DNA of 64,000 nucleotides from Octopus vulgaris (Eukaryota): NCBI GenBank assembly GCA_951406725.2, contig OX597831.1, positions 18,414,001 to 18,478,000 of the forward strand, read 5' to 3'. Shown piece by piece: positions 39,052 to 53,410 of this stretch (position 1 is its first letter; each line of letters starts with the position of its first letter). The notes under the pieces were generated by a model. It saw only the letters and a program-made list of their open reading frames with translations, ran no database searches and was not told where the DNA came from. The position numbers and the translations under genes were made by a program.

Positions 39052-40974
39052 TCGAAAGGATTCCAACAAGGGAGAGTAAAGTACGCCAGAAATAGGGACC
39101 ACTTGATGTCGTAAATCTCACTGCCCAAGGATTAACAACAGTCTCCAACAGCTTCGCTCAGTCGTGTGAATTTATCCTAAGTCACTATTGACCAGTTTTG
39201 AGAACAACACATGTGTGCAGATTGAGTCAGATCCATAATTCTGTCGCCTCTCGCTGGCCAGGTCTTCGTGGGCTTCGTTGCAGCTTTCATTGTCACGTTT
39301 AACTGCCTTTACTGTGTACGCAGCTTATTGAGCAACTCTCATGATATCCTTATTTTGATACCGGGACGCGACTCAGCCTGATTCATTTAACTATTTTCCC
39401 ATTTAATTAAACAATGCATTCATTGTATCAATTTAAAATGCAGAGCAATCTTCAGCTGCACAAAGACATAGAATTTAATTAAATTAGAACCGATAGACAT
39501 ATTAGTATAATTATAACTAAAATCTAGCATAGAAGTTACTTCTATGCTGGAGTGAGACAGCATGTTCTTTGTCTATCTCCTTAAATTCTTGGAGATTTTA
39601 GGCATAAAATAGATCCACCCCTTTTTGGCAAATCTACGTCCTTTAAAATATCAATCTTCAAATACGCTGGATGTCAAAATAAGTGTCGGACTCATCAGAG
39701 TGCATAACAATATTTTCTGGAACAAATAAGTCTTGTGGCGGAAGAAATTTAAATATTTGAAGGAGGGTTTCATTTGAATGTAGCAGAGGCCATATCCCGG
39801 TATCGAAATTTACTCGATCCAATGATTATTTTGCTTAGTGAAGCCTGAATTCTTGACAATACCAAAGTATCAATCGCTCGCAATGTTAGTTAGCTCTCGC
39901 CACGACTGTATCGAAAATAAATTATGTTAAACGGTTGTATTTTACAGTAAAAATCACTCACGTAAAGCGACTAAATTAAATTCATTTCAACCATTCTTCT
40001 CAGAAACACCATTCCATTAAATTCACCACATTTCTATTCACAGTTAGTCCGATGTACTTGTACATGTGTACATGGGTAAGAATACACAAATGGAATGTGC
40101 TAGGCTTCTGTTTGTCGGCATTTGGAAAAACGTTAAGAAAAGCGACCTGCTTTTAGGAATTTTATCAAAAGTTATCACCTCAAATTAGGACCTGATAGAG
40201 AAAACCGAATAGAAATTCCGTGCTCAGTACTCCCAAATTACCTGGGTCTTACGAATTCAAATCTAATTCAATAGACAAAAAATTGAAATTCGTTCACTTC
40301 GTAGGAGGACTGAGAAATTGTATTGTGGTAGGTGGCATTAACTCCAAGAAAAAAAGAACCAACGATACTTCAACTTCGATATTCCACAAAACATCATTGC
40401 TTTGGTGAAAGACAGCTGTAAAAATAGGTTTCTGCCACAATAGAGCTGACAAGTACATAAATATTGCTAGCGTATTGTCAGATAAATATCTTTGGAGACA
40501 TATACGAAGAGGACACACTATTTACGATCTAGGTATTTTCCATCAAGGCAAACAGCCTGGTGACTATGTTTCTACAACAAAGAAAATTAAGATAGCATTC
40601 AGAAAAAAATGATTGATTTATTGAAATATATCCAAAGTTTTAAAAAGTATGAGAGAATCGACACGGGAGATAATAGCAAGAATCATGAATTCTTCAAAAT
40701 TGTAATAACAATCGTAAATTAATATTCTGAAGGGCAGGAATAAAGGTATGCTGTCATAAAATTTCCCCATCAGTACTACAACTGTCCAACTTTATATTGA
40801 GTGACCAATTTTCTAACACGTGCTAAAAGCAGCATATTAGACGCACATGCATAGAAACATACGTATACATAGAAAAATATATACCTACTGTATATGCACT
40901 TAAAGGTGAATGTGTCTACTTTTAAGTGTATATATATATATATATATATATACATACATACAGGCATACATACA

Positions 40975-43900
40975 TTATTATTATGACTGCCCCCTCGTTA
41001 TCGAGTATGGCCATTGCACAAAGCTTAACTGTTACTGGTGCTGTGATCGAATGTGACTTTTTAGCGCAGCTAAAGATCTACAATGCCTTGTACAAAATTA
41101 GCAACTAAGACCTTTACTGGTAATAGCCGGCTGTAGTTGTAATTGGGCTTCATGTACCTTTGCATGTCGTTTAAGTCCTCCTGCCGAATTACACTCTCTT
41201 CCACATGCTCGACAGATATGATTAGTATGGTGTATTACACCACCACCAATGGCCAGGTTGTCACTCATCTGTCTCTTTTTATGACTACGAAGATGACTCA
41301 TGAGTCCAGCGTTACTGAGGCAGGGTCTTGCACAGACATTGCATGTCAAAATCAAAGGAAGACCCTTCCCTTCTGGAAGTGTAACAGCGATGCCCTTCCT
41401 GACATCCCTCCTTACTTTCTCATGTGCAGCTCGAGATTTCCCAAACGTGGCCGTCCCCTCCTCTACAATCCTTCTCCACCTGCTGCGATCAATAGCTATG
41501 CCATCCCATGTGTCAGGAGAGATGCAAGCATCTCTTAAGAAATCCTTCACTAAGTCCTTATACCTCTCTTTTGGTTTATGTGGGGGTCGTTCTCCTTTAG
41601 TTAATTATCCATAAAAGAGTTGATTTGGCATCCTCGAATCCTTCATTCTGATCAGATTACCACTCCATCTGAGCCTTTGCTTTAACACAAGAGCTTCTAT
41701 ACTTTCACACCTAGAGCCTTCCAATATTTCAAGATCACTGATGTGGTCCTCCCACTTAATGCCATAGATACGTCTGAGGGACATCTGATGGAAACGTTCC
41801 AGTTGTTTAAGGTGCTATCGATATCTGACCCACGTCTCGCAGGCATAGAGAAGAGAAGGGAGCACACATGCCTTGTACACCTTTATCTTTGTCTTTCTGC
41901 ATATGTCTCGCCGACTCCAGAGGCGCTTTTCTAGCCTTCCGAAAGCAACACTTGCTTTCCTAATTCTATATGGAACTTCATCATCCACATTGCCATATCT
42001 ATTAATAGTGCTTCCCATGTAGAAAAACGGATCGACTACATCAAGTCGTTTACCATTCACATAGATATTTGGTACACTATACTGCTTACCAGGGACAGGT
42101 TGTTGCATGACAACAGTTTTCTTGAGATTCATTGTCAAACCTAAGGCAGTGCAAGCATCAGAGAATGCATTCAAAATGTGTTGCATATCAATCTCTGTGT
42201 GTGCTACTAGCTCACAATCATCAGCACAAAAAAGGTCTCTTATGATAGAGGTAAATATCTTCGTTTTTGCAACAAGGCGCCTGATAGTAAATATGCTGCC
42301 AGAGGTTCGATAATGGACGTAAACACCGTATCAGCAGTTTCTGAATGCCATACAGAACACCATCGCGAAATATATGAAAAATATATCCCCCTGTTTCACT
42401 CCGTTTTCTATTGAAATGGGCTCCGACATTTTCCCTCTAACATTCACCCTACCATTCGTGTCTTCATGAAAAAGACTAACCAAAGCAAGGAACTTTTCAG
42501 GACACCCAAGTTTCTGGAGGACTTTCCACAATGCTTTTCTATTGACGGTATGAAAGGCTTTGGCAGATCGACAAACACCTAATACAAATCCAGACCCTGT
42601 TCCACATACCTTTCCTGAAGCTGTCTAGTTGAAAAGATCATATCAGCAGTGCCGCGTCCCACACGAAAGCCAGATTGACTTTCTGGAAGAACACAATCTG
42701 CAATGTTTTTCAGCAGACGATCCAGAAGTATCCTACATAAAACCTTTCCTACGCTAGACAGCAATGATATTCCCCTATAATTACCACAATCATTCCTGTT
42801 GCCCTTTCCCTTATACAGGACCACCATTACTGCATCTCTCCAGTCCTCAGGTACAGATTCACTAGTCCATATCTTACCAAACAAAGAGTGAAGTTTCTGC
42901 AGAATTTTCTCACCACCATGCTGTAACAACTCCGCATGTATGCCATCCATACCCGGAGACTTCCCATTATTCAACCTTGAGACAGCCATTGCAACTTCTT
43001 CCAACTTTGGTGGTTCTGCGAGTGCTGCCTTCACAGAAAATCCAGGGATGAGATTGAGAATATCCTCACTAACTACAGAATGCTGATTCAAAAGTTCATC
43101 AATGTGTTCTTGCCGCCTTTGCAGAATTCCTTGTGAATCACGAAGAAGTTCTTTACCATCCCTGCTTCGAATTGGTGTCATCAGGGAAGATGTCGGTCCA
43201 TAGACTTCTCGCAAGAGACCATACAACAGCTTTGTGTTATTGGAATCTGATGCCGCCTGTATCTCGTCAGCATTCTTACTCCACCACGTATCCCTCAGCT
43301 GAGAGATCTTTTGCCTCACACGTGATTTTACGTCCTTGAGTTCCCTATGCAACACTTCCATTTCCTGTAGCTTTGCTGACAAATAGCGTGACAAAGTACG
43401 TCTTTTATCAGCCAATAAATCATTTATATGTTCATCAGTTTCTTTGAACTAATCTTGATGCTTTCTTTGTATCAATCCCAGAAATTTTTGCCTATATCAT
43501 AAACTGACTTTTTAAGGGTCGGCCAATCCTCCCCAATATCTTCAGCATTCATTTCCTCTCGTAAAGTTCTCTGCACACTATTATACCTAAGACGATCAAC
43601 ATTCAGTCTTTTAGGCTGGGTCATCCCTGCAGCTCGGATTTTATGTTTTGTGACTAATTTCACTTTTGCAGGTACTTGGCGGTGGTCAGTCCAACACTCA
43701 GCTCCACGAAGAACACGAACACACTGCACATCCCGTCTGTCACGCACCATAACTAGGATGTAATCCAGAATATGCAATTCTTTAGATGCAGGGTGCATCC
43801 ATGTAGTCTTAAGCTTATTCTTTTATTGAAACATGGTATTGGTAACACACAGACTTAGCTCCTCACACATCTGCAGCAAAAGTATGCCATTACTATTACA

Positions 43901-45040
43901 CTTCCCCACCCCATGCTTTCCAATTACAGTCCATGTCTTAAAATCCCTACCCACTCTAGCATTAAAGTCACCCAGTACAATGACTTTGTCTGCCCGAGGG
44001 ATATTTCTTATAATGCCCTTCAAAGCATGGTAGAAAGAAAGTTTTTCGTCATCAGTAGAGCACACGGAGCATACACACTCACCAAGGTCATATAATTTCC
44101 TTTAGCCAAAGGAATTCTCATGGACATAAGACGCTCGTTAATTCCGATTGGGAATTCTTCCAACTTGTCCACAAGAGTAGTGTTAACAGCAAATGCCACT
44201 CCAGCTTCTCCTGTAAGCTCTTCATCTCTCCCTTTCCAAAAGAATGTATATTTTCCACAAGATTCTGTAAGATGACCATCTCCAGGTAATCTCGTCTCAG
44301 ATAAAGCAATGATTTCAAGATCATAGCTTTGAAGCTCCTTCGCAACAAGCGCAGTCCTTCTTTCAGGACATTCAGAGGACTTGTGGTCAAGCAGTGTCCG
44401 TACAATCCAACAGCCAATCTTCAATATTTTCTTTGGTTCTACCACAGTAGAATGATGACGGCCGGGTTCAGACTGTGATGCTCTGGAGCCCCTGCCGGGT
44501 CAAACTCTTTCAGCTGATGTGGTTCCAGAGTCCTTACTGCCATTTACTTTTATACTGTTTTGGTACATCATTGATTTTTTGCTTTTTAAGGCTACAGTCA
44601 GTCATTCAGTTGAGACTCACAGCAACATCAACAGTCATGAATTAGTAAATCCCTTTAATCAATCCAATGTAGTTATCGTGCAATACCTGTGCAAAAGATC
44701 TTTTTGAAGTGAGAAAAGGCTGTGCACTGAGTCAATCCCACTCACTAAGCAACAGCAGCCATAAACCAAAAAGAAGAACAAGTCAACAACTGAGCCGCAG
44801 GTTTTATGTCGGAGTTATCCCAGTTACCTGAGTTACCTTCTCCTAGAAGGATGCCCTAACAAAGGCTAGGAGTCCTTCACTCCCAATGGTTTAACCGCGC
44901 GATGGGGTATTCAGTCCGATTATTTCTATGTCCCCACGCATGATACAGACTTAAGGCTTAAGAAGTAAAAAAAAACACATTTATTGGATGGCCGTTGAAT
45001 CTCAAGAGTTCCTCCGCCCTTTGACGGGTTTTGTTTTTCA
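40975..45040 (-). mobile_element. Near full-length degraded RTE-clade LINE (APE + RT + two C2H2 fingers)
   Basis: LKIGCWIVRTL..RRTALVAKEL..ALSETR, LGDFNARVG, GNYRGISLLS, QSGFR, GVKQG; CNVC..H...H and CRAC..H...H; (TAA) tail at ~40975. Several stops and frameshifts. Confidence 0.92.
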
Positions 45041-46104
45041 AGCATTTTTGTTTTTCATACATACATACATACATACATACATACATACTTACATACATAC
45101 ATGCATACACACATTCATATGCATATATGCGTTTACGACCGTATGTATCTTTGGAGAATTAGTAATAATAAAATTTACGTAAGTTTTTTATGTATAAATG
45201 AGGCAAGTGTAAAGGTCACAATACAAATCGAACGAAATGTAACTAAAAATATGTAAATGTAACCTTTTAATATAGTTTAAAATATAATGTCTCAAATATA
45301 TAAAATTTATAGGAATTAATATTTTAGAAGTAAATCAAAGGAAAGTAGTAAAATACAAAATGAAAATATAAAATAAGCATGTGCTTGATGTAATAAAATT
45401 ATGTAAGCAAAGAAAACAAATCAAATACAAAAATGGAAACTCACTTCCGGAATTCAGACATTTTTCTTTTTATTATGACTGAGACACTCGGTACTTACCT
45501 TTGCAACATAAAATGCCTCCCACTCTCCTCAATATTTTGCAATGCCAACAAACCGCCTAAAATAGGTTAAAGATATATAAAAGTTATATTATACATAAAG
45601 ATTATCTTATATATGAATCATATTTAGACAGGTTATGAAATATCAGCCAGGCACTTCAGAACAGAAAATGGAAATTGGAGTACGAATAAATTTTCTAAAA
45701 TAAAATAATATTTATAAAATATTCACTAAGGGCACCGGCTCGAACAGTTATAACTGAACGCATCGACCCTCGTACTTATTGTTAAAGCCAAAATCTTGTT
45801 TTATCGTTCATTCTGCTGAACCGCTAAGTTACTGGTGCACACACACACAACGATCGTCAAAAGCTGGTGGGGGCCAAAACTATACATAAAAACGAAAGAG
45901 GCTCAATGGAATAAGGAAGATATGAAAACAGTGTTAAAGAAATGTCAACGAAGGGGAAATAAAACGGAGAATACCCGCCAAAATATTGCACATAAATCTC
46001 TTGGTACCACAACCAGTTATCAACGAAACGTTGAAATATGCGAGAGATGATTGAATGAAATGCCAATCATATTACTCCCTCATTGAACCAAGTAATCCCA
46101 ATAA

Positions 46105-46700
46105 GTTACAAAAATCAGCGCTGGCTAATTTCTGTAGGATATCTGTGGATATTAGATTAACAGAATAATATAAAGCGCACCGCTAACGTATTAGAACCTG
46201 ATATTAACTTATTAAAACGGTTAATATACTTTATAGCATGCTGTGTCTGCTTAGTGAAATAAGATGTACCTACAGATCATTAGTATATACGTACCAGCGT
46301 CCAGGAAATCGTTTAATATGCAAATTTGTATAGCACATCAATTTACACCGCTATGCATGGTGGCTGTTTAAGCAATGTTTTTTGCAGATAATGCTTTGGT
46401 TAGTTGGGTGCGGATGAAGTGGCAAAACCCCACGAAATGCGCTGTATACGCTCATTACCAATATTTCTTGTTTGATCTCATTGTTTCTTGATATCCGATG
46501 TCTTGTATACGAAACGTTGTAGCACAAATCAACGCTGGCTGAATGTTTTATAGAATATCTGTGGAAATAACCTTAGCAAAATAATGTAAAGTACCGTGAT
46601 AGCGCAGGAGAACATGGTATTTTCTTCTAAAATGCATTTAATATACTTAATAGTATATTGTGGTTGCATAACGAAATACCATGTACCTACAAATCATTAT
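46105..46700 (+). repeat. Diverged ~180-bp direct repeat (46105-46283 and 46522-46700)
   Basis: aaatca.cgctggct..atatctgtgga..atgtacctaca.atcatta occurs twice. Confidence 0.7.
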
Positions 46701-46989
46701 CTTTTAATTTTTCTGTACTGTTAGCAAAAAGGAGATCATAATTTGATCTAGATGCTTTTATTACCCAATAATTTAAGGCTCTTAAAAAATATATAACAGT
46801 TATATGTTCATTTTTGTGGCTTCATTTTCCATTATTTCGCAGTTAATTTATTGAGAAACATCAGATGTAATTTTGGAATCAGCGAAGGATGCAATATATA
46901 CTTCATTCTCTCCGGTCGTTTCGAAATTTGTATAAAATAGCATTTCCGAATGTAATACACGTCTCCTTCTAAACAATAGTAATGGGATG

Positions 46990-47110
46990 ATCCAATTGGG
47001 CAACATTAACATGAAAACGAGGTTTCTTCAAAGGTGACATCCTCTCCCCATTACTCTTTTGCATGGCACTGATCCCACTCACAAACGAACAGGGTAACAG
47101 CAGGGATAGA
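46990..47110 (+). mobile_element. Short Dong-type RT fragment
   Basis: GFFKGDILSPLLFCMALIPL. Confidence 0.65.
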
Positions 47111-47442
47111 TTCAAGTTTATAATATAGCAAACCATCTGTTTATTAAATTAAAATTATGGTCATTAATTGAAGGTCAGCAATAATATGTGATACATTTGT
47201 TTCTACCTGGACGTTTATACATGACCTCCCTAAATGTATAATATTCGTAATTTTTCTGTAACTTTCTTAGTAGTCGTATAATATGACCGTTTGCTCAATG
47301 TCTTAGAATCCGGAATTTATGAAATGTTTATATTTAGATATAATTACAACAGCTTAAACATATTCTGACAATATCATGAATAATTTTACGATTTTATTTA
47401 AAATTCGGTATCCGTCCATATTCTGTGAGGGAGGAAATCTCG

Positions 47443-47582
47443 ATACAATTTACGAGAAAAACAATTCACGAAAAATTGATTCTGTTATTATCATGTTTAA
47501 AATATTTTCTTTAGATAATAATAGAATTAATGACATTTTCGCAAATAAATTTTTCGTGAATTGATTTTCTCGTAAATTGTAC
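47443..47582. mobile_element. Small MITE-like hairpin
   Basis: tacaatttacgagaaaaacaattcacgaaaaatt / aatttttcgtgaattgattttctcgtaaattgta. Confidence 0.65.
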
Positions 47583-47867
47583 CAAGATTATTTTACAATG
47601 GTGGCTGCTGTGATTTCGGCACAAAACGAATCAGTTGCAGCACAGACTTCAAAACGATGAGTTGGGAATCTCTTATCATGGTAACGCGTGCTGAAGAAGC
47701 TAAGGTTTTATTTTACCATTGCAGAAACCGGTCCACGTGAGTTCAGATACTTAAATGTATGTTAGTAGATTGTCTTAACCTGATTTTGCCTTCGTTTGAT
47801 TTCTGTAGTCATCATCAGTAAATTGTTTGGTGATTTAATAAGTATATATATATATATATATATATAC

Positions 47868-47939
<72 letters not shown>

Positions 47940-48739
47940 ATATTAGATAGCTTCTGACTCTTTGACTGTACCTCCCTATCTTTGTCCACGCAGTGGGGCA
48001 AACTGGATCCATGTGTTTGGAAAGCAAACTTCTGAGACAGCCACACCTGTGCCAGTATTTGTTCTTTATATCTTTTCAATATAAAAACCTTACCATTAAG
48101 AACATTCGTCATCTGACGTGTCAATTCCCAATGGAAACTCAACATGCATTTCTCTACTAAATTTGCTGTAATAACCAACGACATAGTAGTTTTTACCACT
48201 ATTTAAATAAATAACTAAAGACATAAATATTGAGAAATCGGCCATAAATTTCAAAAAGACAAACATTTCACCACTGCAATAAGAAATACATTGAATTAAT
48301 AAATTACAAAAGTCCAAGTTGACAGGTGTCAAGTTGACAGGTGTTACAGTATATTCCAAACTTAACATAGAAGTATTGAAAATGCATAAATAAACGATTT
48401 CATTTTCCAACTTGCTCGACGAAGAAGCAAAACCATGAGAAACCTTATGCTACTTACATTTGTTCTTCTCTTTGGTATGTTGAAACAGGAAAGCTATTTC
48501 CTTTTTTATGCCTGATATATCGGTAATTTTCGTTTATTATATTATAATATTATATATTACATATTACATATTGATAATATTCGTATGTCTCTTCATCAAT
48601 ATATCTTGCAAGGTCTCAATGGCATTATCTTCTTATTATAAATGTATATTTAAGCATCTATAATTTTATCTATTGATTTATCTGACACATTTATTTATAC
48701 ACCTAATTTTATATATTCACATACACACTCATATATTAG

Positions 48740-49520
48740 GAAAATAAGGCAAAGTAGGAAATGCTAAAATACATTTTAGTACCGGTTTCAGATTTTACGA
48801 CTTTTTCAATTTAGAGCAAATCATTAAAAACAATTAAATTATGCTAAAATTTAAGATGGATTATAGTCAACAACTTCCATTTCTCCACTTCCGTATTGAG
48901 CAATCCAACAACAAAATACAAACAGATATATACTATAAACCCACGGAGCCCAAGCAATATGTACCGTTCCACACATGCCATCCTAGACACACTATTAAAA
49001 ACCTAGTAAAATGGATTTGTAGTATAGTTTCCACTGCAAACACCAAGTTCACATGAACTAAAGGATAAACTCGTTATCACGAACTATCACTCATCATTAA
49101 TTGTTATAGTATTTCAACGTCTCCTACAACTCAACATCCAAGAACTCAGGCATCACAAACTAAATACGCTTTTACAACCAAATGGCCTACCATACATCAC
49201 CACACTGAATTCCCTTAACACGGAAATCTTCGACACAAAATCCTCCAGAGCATCCCTTTACTAAAAAGGGACTACAGAATGAATTTAATCTTCAAAACAC
49301 GCACCATCATAAAGAGAAAAATACAACCTAAATCTTTGAAAAGTCTCCTAACACAAGTCCAAGTGCAGCCGACAATAACACTGAAGCCGCCACTGAGAAA
49401 ATTCGGAAGACCTAACTGTGGTATATGAGTCAAACTAATTCAGGGATCGGAGTTCTCTTTCAAACAGGATCAATGCTTTATAGAGAAAAACAATTTCACA
49501 TCTACTTCAGAAAACCTAAT
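48740..49520 (+). mobile_element. Penelope RT C-terminal relic in gene C intron 1
   Basis: LPFL..I....IQTDIYYKPT...YV.F..CHP.H. Confidence 0.75.
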
Positions 49521-49837
49521 ATATATAGTATATAGTATATAAAAAGTACGTAGGTCAAAAAACTGTAATTTCTAACTTATAGGTGAAGCAGCCACGAAGA
49601 ATAAATGCATTATATTAGGGACGGCAAGATGCAATTCTCTCTTCCATCAGTATCTGAGCAGTGACGACATATGCAATTATGTATAATAAGATAATCACAG
49701 GTGTTCTGTGGCTACTGAATTGTTCTGACTTATTTCTAGCAATAATGGTTCTGATTCTTCTTCCTTTTAGTGACGTATATATTTTTGCCTGTAGGATGTA
49801 AACTTGCACATTAGCCACCCGTACGTACGTACATACA

Positions 49838-49908
<71 letters not shown>

Positions 49909-52249
49909 ATATATATGTTAGTGTCTATGTTTACACACACACTCACACACAGTATATAAACACACATATACATAGAAAGATGTGTGTCTTGCCTGTGCGT
50001 GTATGAATGTACTTCACAAACGAAAGAGGTTTGTTACTTAGTACTACAAAAGAAAGGTGTTATAAAGAACGTCAATCTTTACAGAATAATTAATGCGAAG
50101 ATTTCTTCAATTAAATCAAATAATGCCAATCTGCAGAATGGCCGTAATCTTTGTATATATCATTCACATATTTATTTATGATTTGCTAAACTTTTGATCG
50201 TGATAATGCTTAAGGGTATCATATAACATCCTAGTTCTTGAGAAAACACCTCACTATCCCTACATGATGATTTTGAAGTAATTTTCATCGTATTACTGAC
50301 ACTACAGCAGAGTGTTACTATCTAAAATATTTCTGTATTCTCACACGATGGCTATAGTGCTTTACAATCCACACTAATCATATTTTATGCATATTGCACC
50401 AGTACCACTTCCAAATGCACAAGATATAAATATCAAAAATATCACCCTCCCACCAACAACTCGTGTAATTTCAGAAGGACATAAAAATACGTTGTGGGGT
50501 ACGTGTAATTGTGATGAAATAATTGGTGGTGTAACGTACAGGAAAATAAAGCGAAAATTAAAATCACCCAGCTAGAAGTTAAAGCATGGGTTAGCGGAAC
50601 ATACATTCTATATTACGAAATTTGTTCATAAATAATTCTTGATACATTAGCAAAATTGAAGGGTCTAGGAGCGAGCTGTCTAAGTTGAGTTGCTATGTTA
50701 GTATTGGGGCTGGTCATATGTATATGACGAAGCCATAATGTCAACGAATGTCGCTGTGTTTTAGCTATGAAATAAATGTGAGACCCGTACCAGTCATAAA
50801 AAAAATGTTATAAGCGGATAATCACGAGGAAAAGAAAATATGAATAAGTTATGTTTGGGAGACATCATGCATGCCAAATCATTCTAGTTCTGTCATGAGT
50901 ATCGCTGTGTAGGCTAGACATAAAGCTGGTTAACTACGATATAGGAACGTCCAGCCTCCGAATTCTAATTAACATCCCAAGGGTGCCACTATCATTTGCC
51001 AGTGAGTAAGCTAGAGTTACTTAATCCAAATTCGGTCAATTACGTTTTTTTGCGGCAAAATGTTTCGATTTCAGGCCCTGGTTTGAAACTAAAACGATTC
51101 CTGCCGTGATAATGCATGTTAACCGTTTTGAAACACAGAAAAAGGTTATTCATTTCAGTTAAACATTTGTGTATTTGTTGTCGAAACCTTGTCCCTAATA
51201 ACGTTACAGTGGACAGTTTTAATAATGCACGTATTTCAGTCTTCGTTTTCTTTTTCGTCTATTTTCTCTTCATACGATAACAATTTGAGGACTGTTTTCT
51301 TTTTTTTTTGGGGGGGGGGATTATGCATTGATTTATATGACAAAATCTGTCATGAAAAGTATAAGGTTAACCACATCTGTATCATGAGTTGATTATTATT
51401 CTATATTTCTTGGGAGACGACTATATCAAAGAACTAATCAATACAGGATATATCATATTTCTATCGTTTGTTGATTTTTCTTTCAATTCAGACTGGCCTT
51501 TGTCAAAGAAATGCCACACTTCGATGGTGGAAGCAGCGCAGATTTTGAATCTGGGCTGCGTCGTTGCAACCTTTTCCGATATTACTAATATATATATTCT
51601 CAAATTAGCACCAAAGACCGATAGAAGAATGGATCAACCTGGATGATGAGTTTGTTACATATTCCAAGGTCATTGTTAGTCAAACTAACGAATGACTTAG
51701 GGAAATATGATTCATTAACGAAGAGTAATGATACTTGTGACATACACGTTATATTTTAGAAAATATTCCGAAGAAATTCTAACGTCTCTCGTTGATTTTG
51801 CAATCAATTAAAACTGAGCTTCATCAAAACTCCATCCTTTGCCGGAGTTGACGTCAACCACCCAATTCTGAGGAAGCCTCTCTCTCCATATGATAGAACC
51901 CTTGGATCTCTGACTGAAACGCGGTTAGACGATGAAATGAAATAAAGTCAATAAAAAATAGTACTAATGATTTTATTTACCTTGAGTATAAAAGAATATT
52001 TGCGTAGAAAAGGATATTGTTATTTACTTTTAATCTACATGTCTTACAGTCACTCGCCGAGACACACTCAGCGTCTAGGTCGAGTGAATGGTAAGGGATG
52101 TTACAGTATGTCTGAAAGTTTGGGAGAGGGGAAGTAGCGAAATATCTTCATGTAATACAGCATAAACATTTAAAAATGGAGAGGGTTTTTCAAAGGATGT
52201 GGGCAATACTTTTCAGTAAAATCTTTTGGATTTCTCTGAGACATGCCTC

Positions 52250-53410
52250 TCCTGAGATCTTTTCTAGATTTTTCTGACACCTCTTCTTTATCATACCTAG
52301 GACACCTACAATTATAGTTCTCGTTTTAAGATGCTACATCTTTTGGATGTCAGTTTCCAGGCCTTTATACTTACTTAGTTTGTTAAATTTCTTTACAGGT
52401 ATAATTTTACTAGTGGGAACACTAACCTCTATTAGTCTAATAATATTTTTTTTCTGTGTATTTAGTAAATATGTCTGGTCGATTAGCCGGGATCGTTCTG
52501 TCGGTGTTGACTGGAAAATCGCAGAGGATAATGACATTATTTTACCTTCAGCAACAGGCCCAGTATAATGTTCATAGTAGTACGCAGGAAAGTTGATTTT
52601 GTAGCGTTTATATATTTTCCGATTTAAATACTGTAATACCATATTATGGTGATTTTTGTATTCGTTTTTTCGCCACCACAGGACATCTTGAGACAAAGTG
52701 GTGTGTTTTTCGTCAAATGTGTTGCAGAAGCTGCATTTATGATCAGAACCGTTTTGATAAAACGCTAGCCTGATATTTTTTGTGAGCAAATATTGGTGTT
52801 GTGCCGCCAGTATGAAACCCGCTTCCAGTGCTGAACTTCTCAACCACCGATGGATTGTTGTTTGGTCTATATCACTATTTCGACTTCAAAGTATGCACTG
52901 TCCATGCAGAGGTTTCAATCTCCACCGTTTCTCAATTTGTTTCTGCCCGGTTCGTTTTCGCAGTTTGTCTGATCAGTTTTGCTTTTTGTGTGGGAGATCT
53001 TTCAGGTTCTTCATCTAATTCATGCATTATGCCAAGTTCCCTTGCGATTTGCAAGCTTCCTTGACAACGGAATATGATTTTTTTATTGTTTGATGTTTGC
53101 ACACAAGTCGCAGCCCGCAGTCTTCTGTTTTAGATAAGTACCTGTTCATTGCTATTGTGCAAGTTTTGTAGCTCAGTTCTAACTGTATTGCTCCTCTTCT
53201 CCCATTATTTTTAGGGAGGTAAAGGCGATCAACATCTGCGTTTCTGGGGTGCATGTTCTTAAAACTAATGAGCTTTCTTGTCTTCGTGTGCAAGCGTTGG
53301 AGCTCTGTAAGATTCCAGTTAATTATGTTAAAACTATATTGGGTTACAGGAAGTTCTAGAGTGTTAATGGCTTCAATGCGATTTTTAGAAATCAGTTCAG
53401 CCATTGATGT
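52250..53410 (-). mobile_element. Degraded Dong-type LINE in gene C intron 3
   Basis: KNRIEAINTL..YSFNIINW..MHP.NADVDRLYLP; SSALEAGFILAAQ; KLSKYKGLE. Confidence 0.85.

Noticed and set aside
39560-40700. Coding-like decayed stretch, possibly a transposase
   Set aside because: No motif could be identified with confidence.
34260-53410. Idea that the minus-strand LINE relics in intron 3 of genes B and C are one insertion predating duplication
   Set aside because: The flanks are homologous (35570-35710 versus 53790-53930), but the two relic peptides look like different subfamilies; an alignment is needed.
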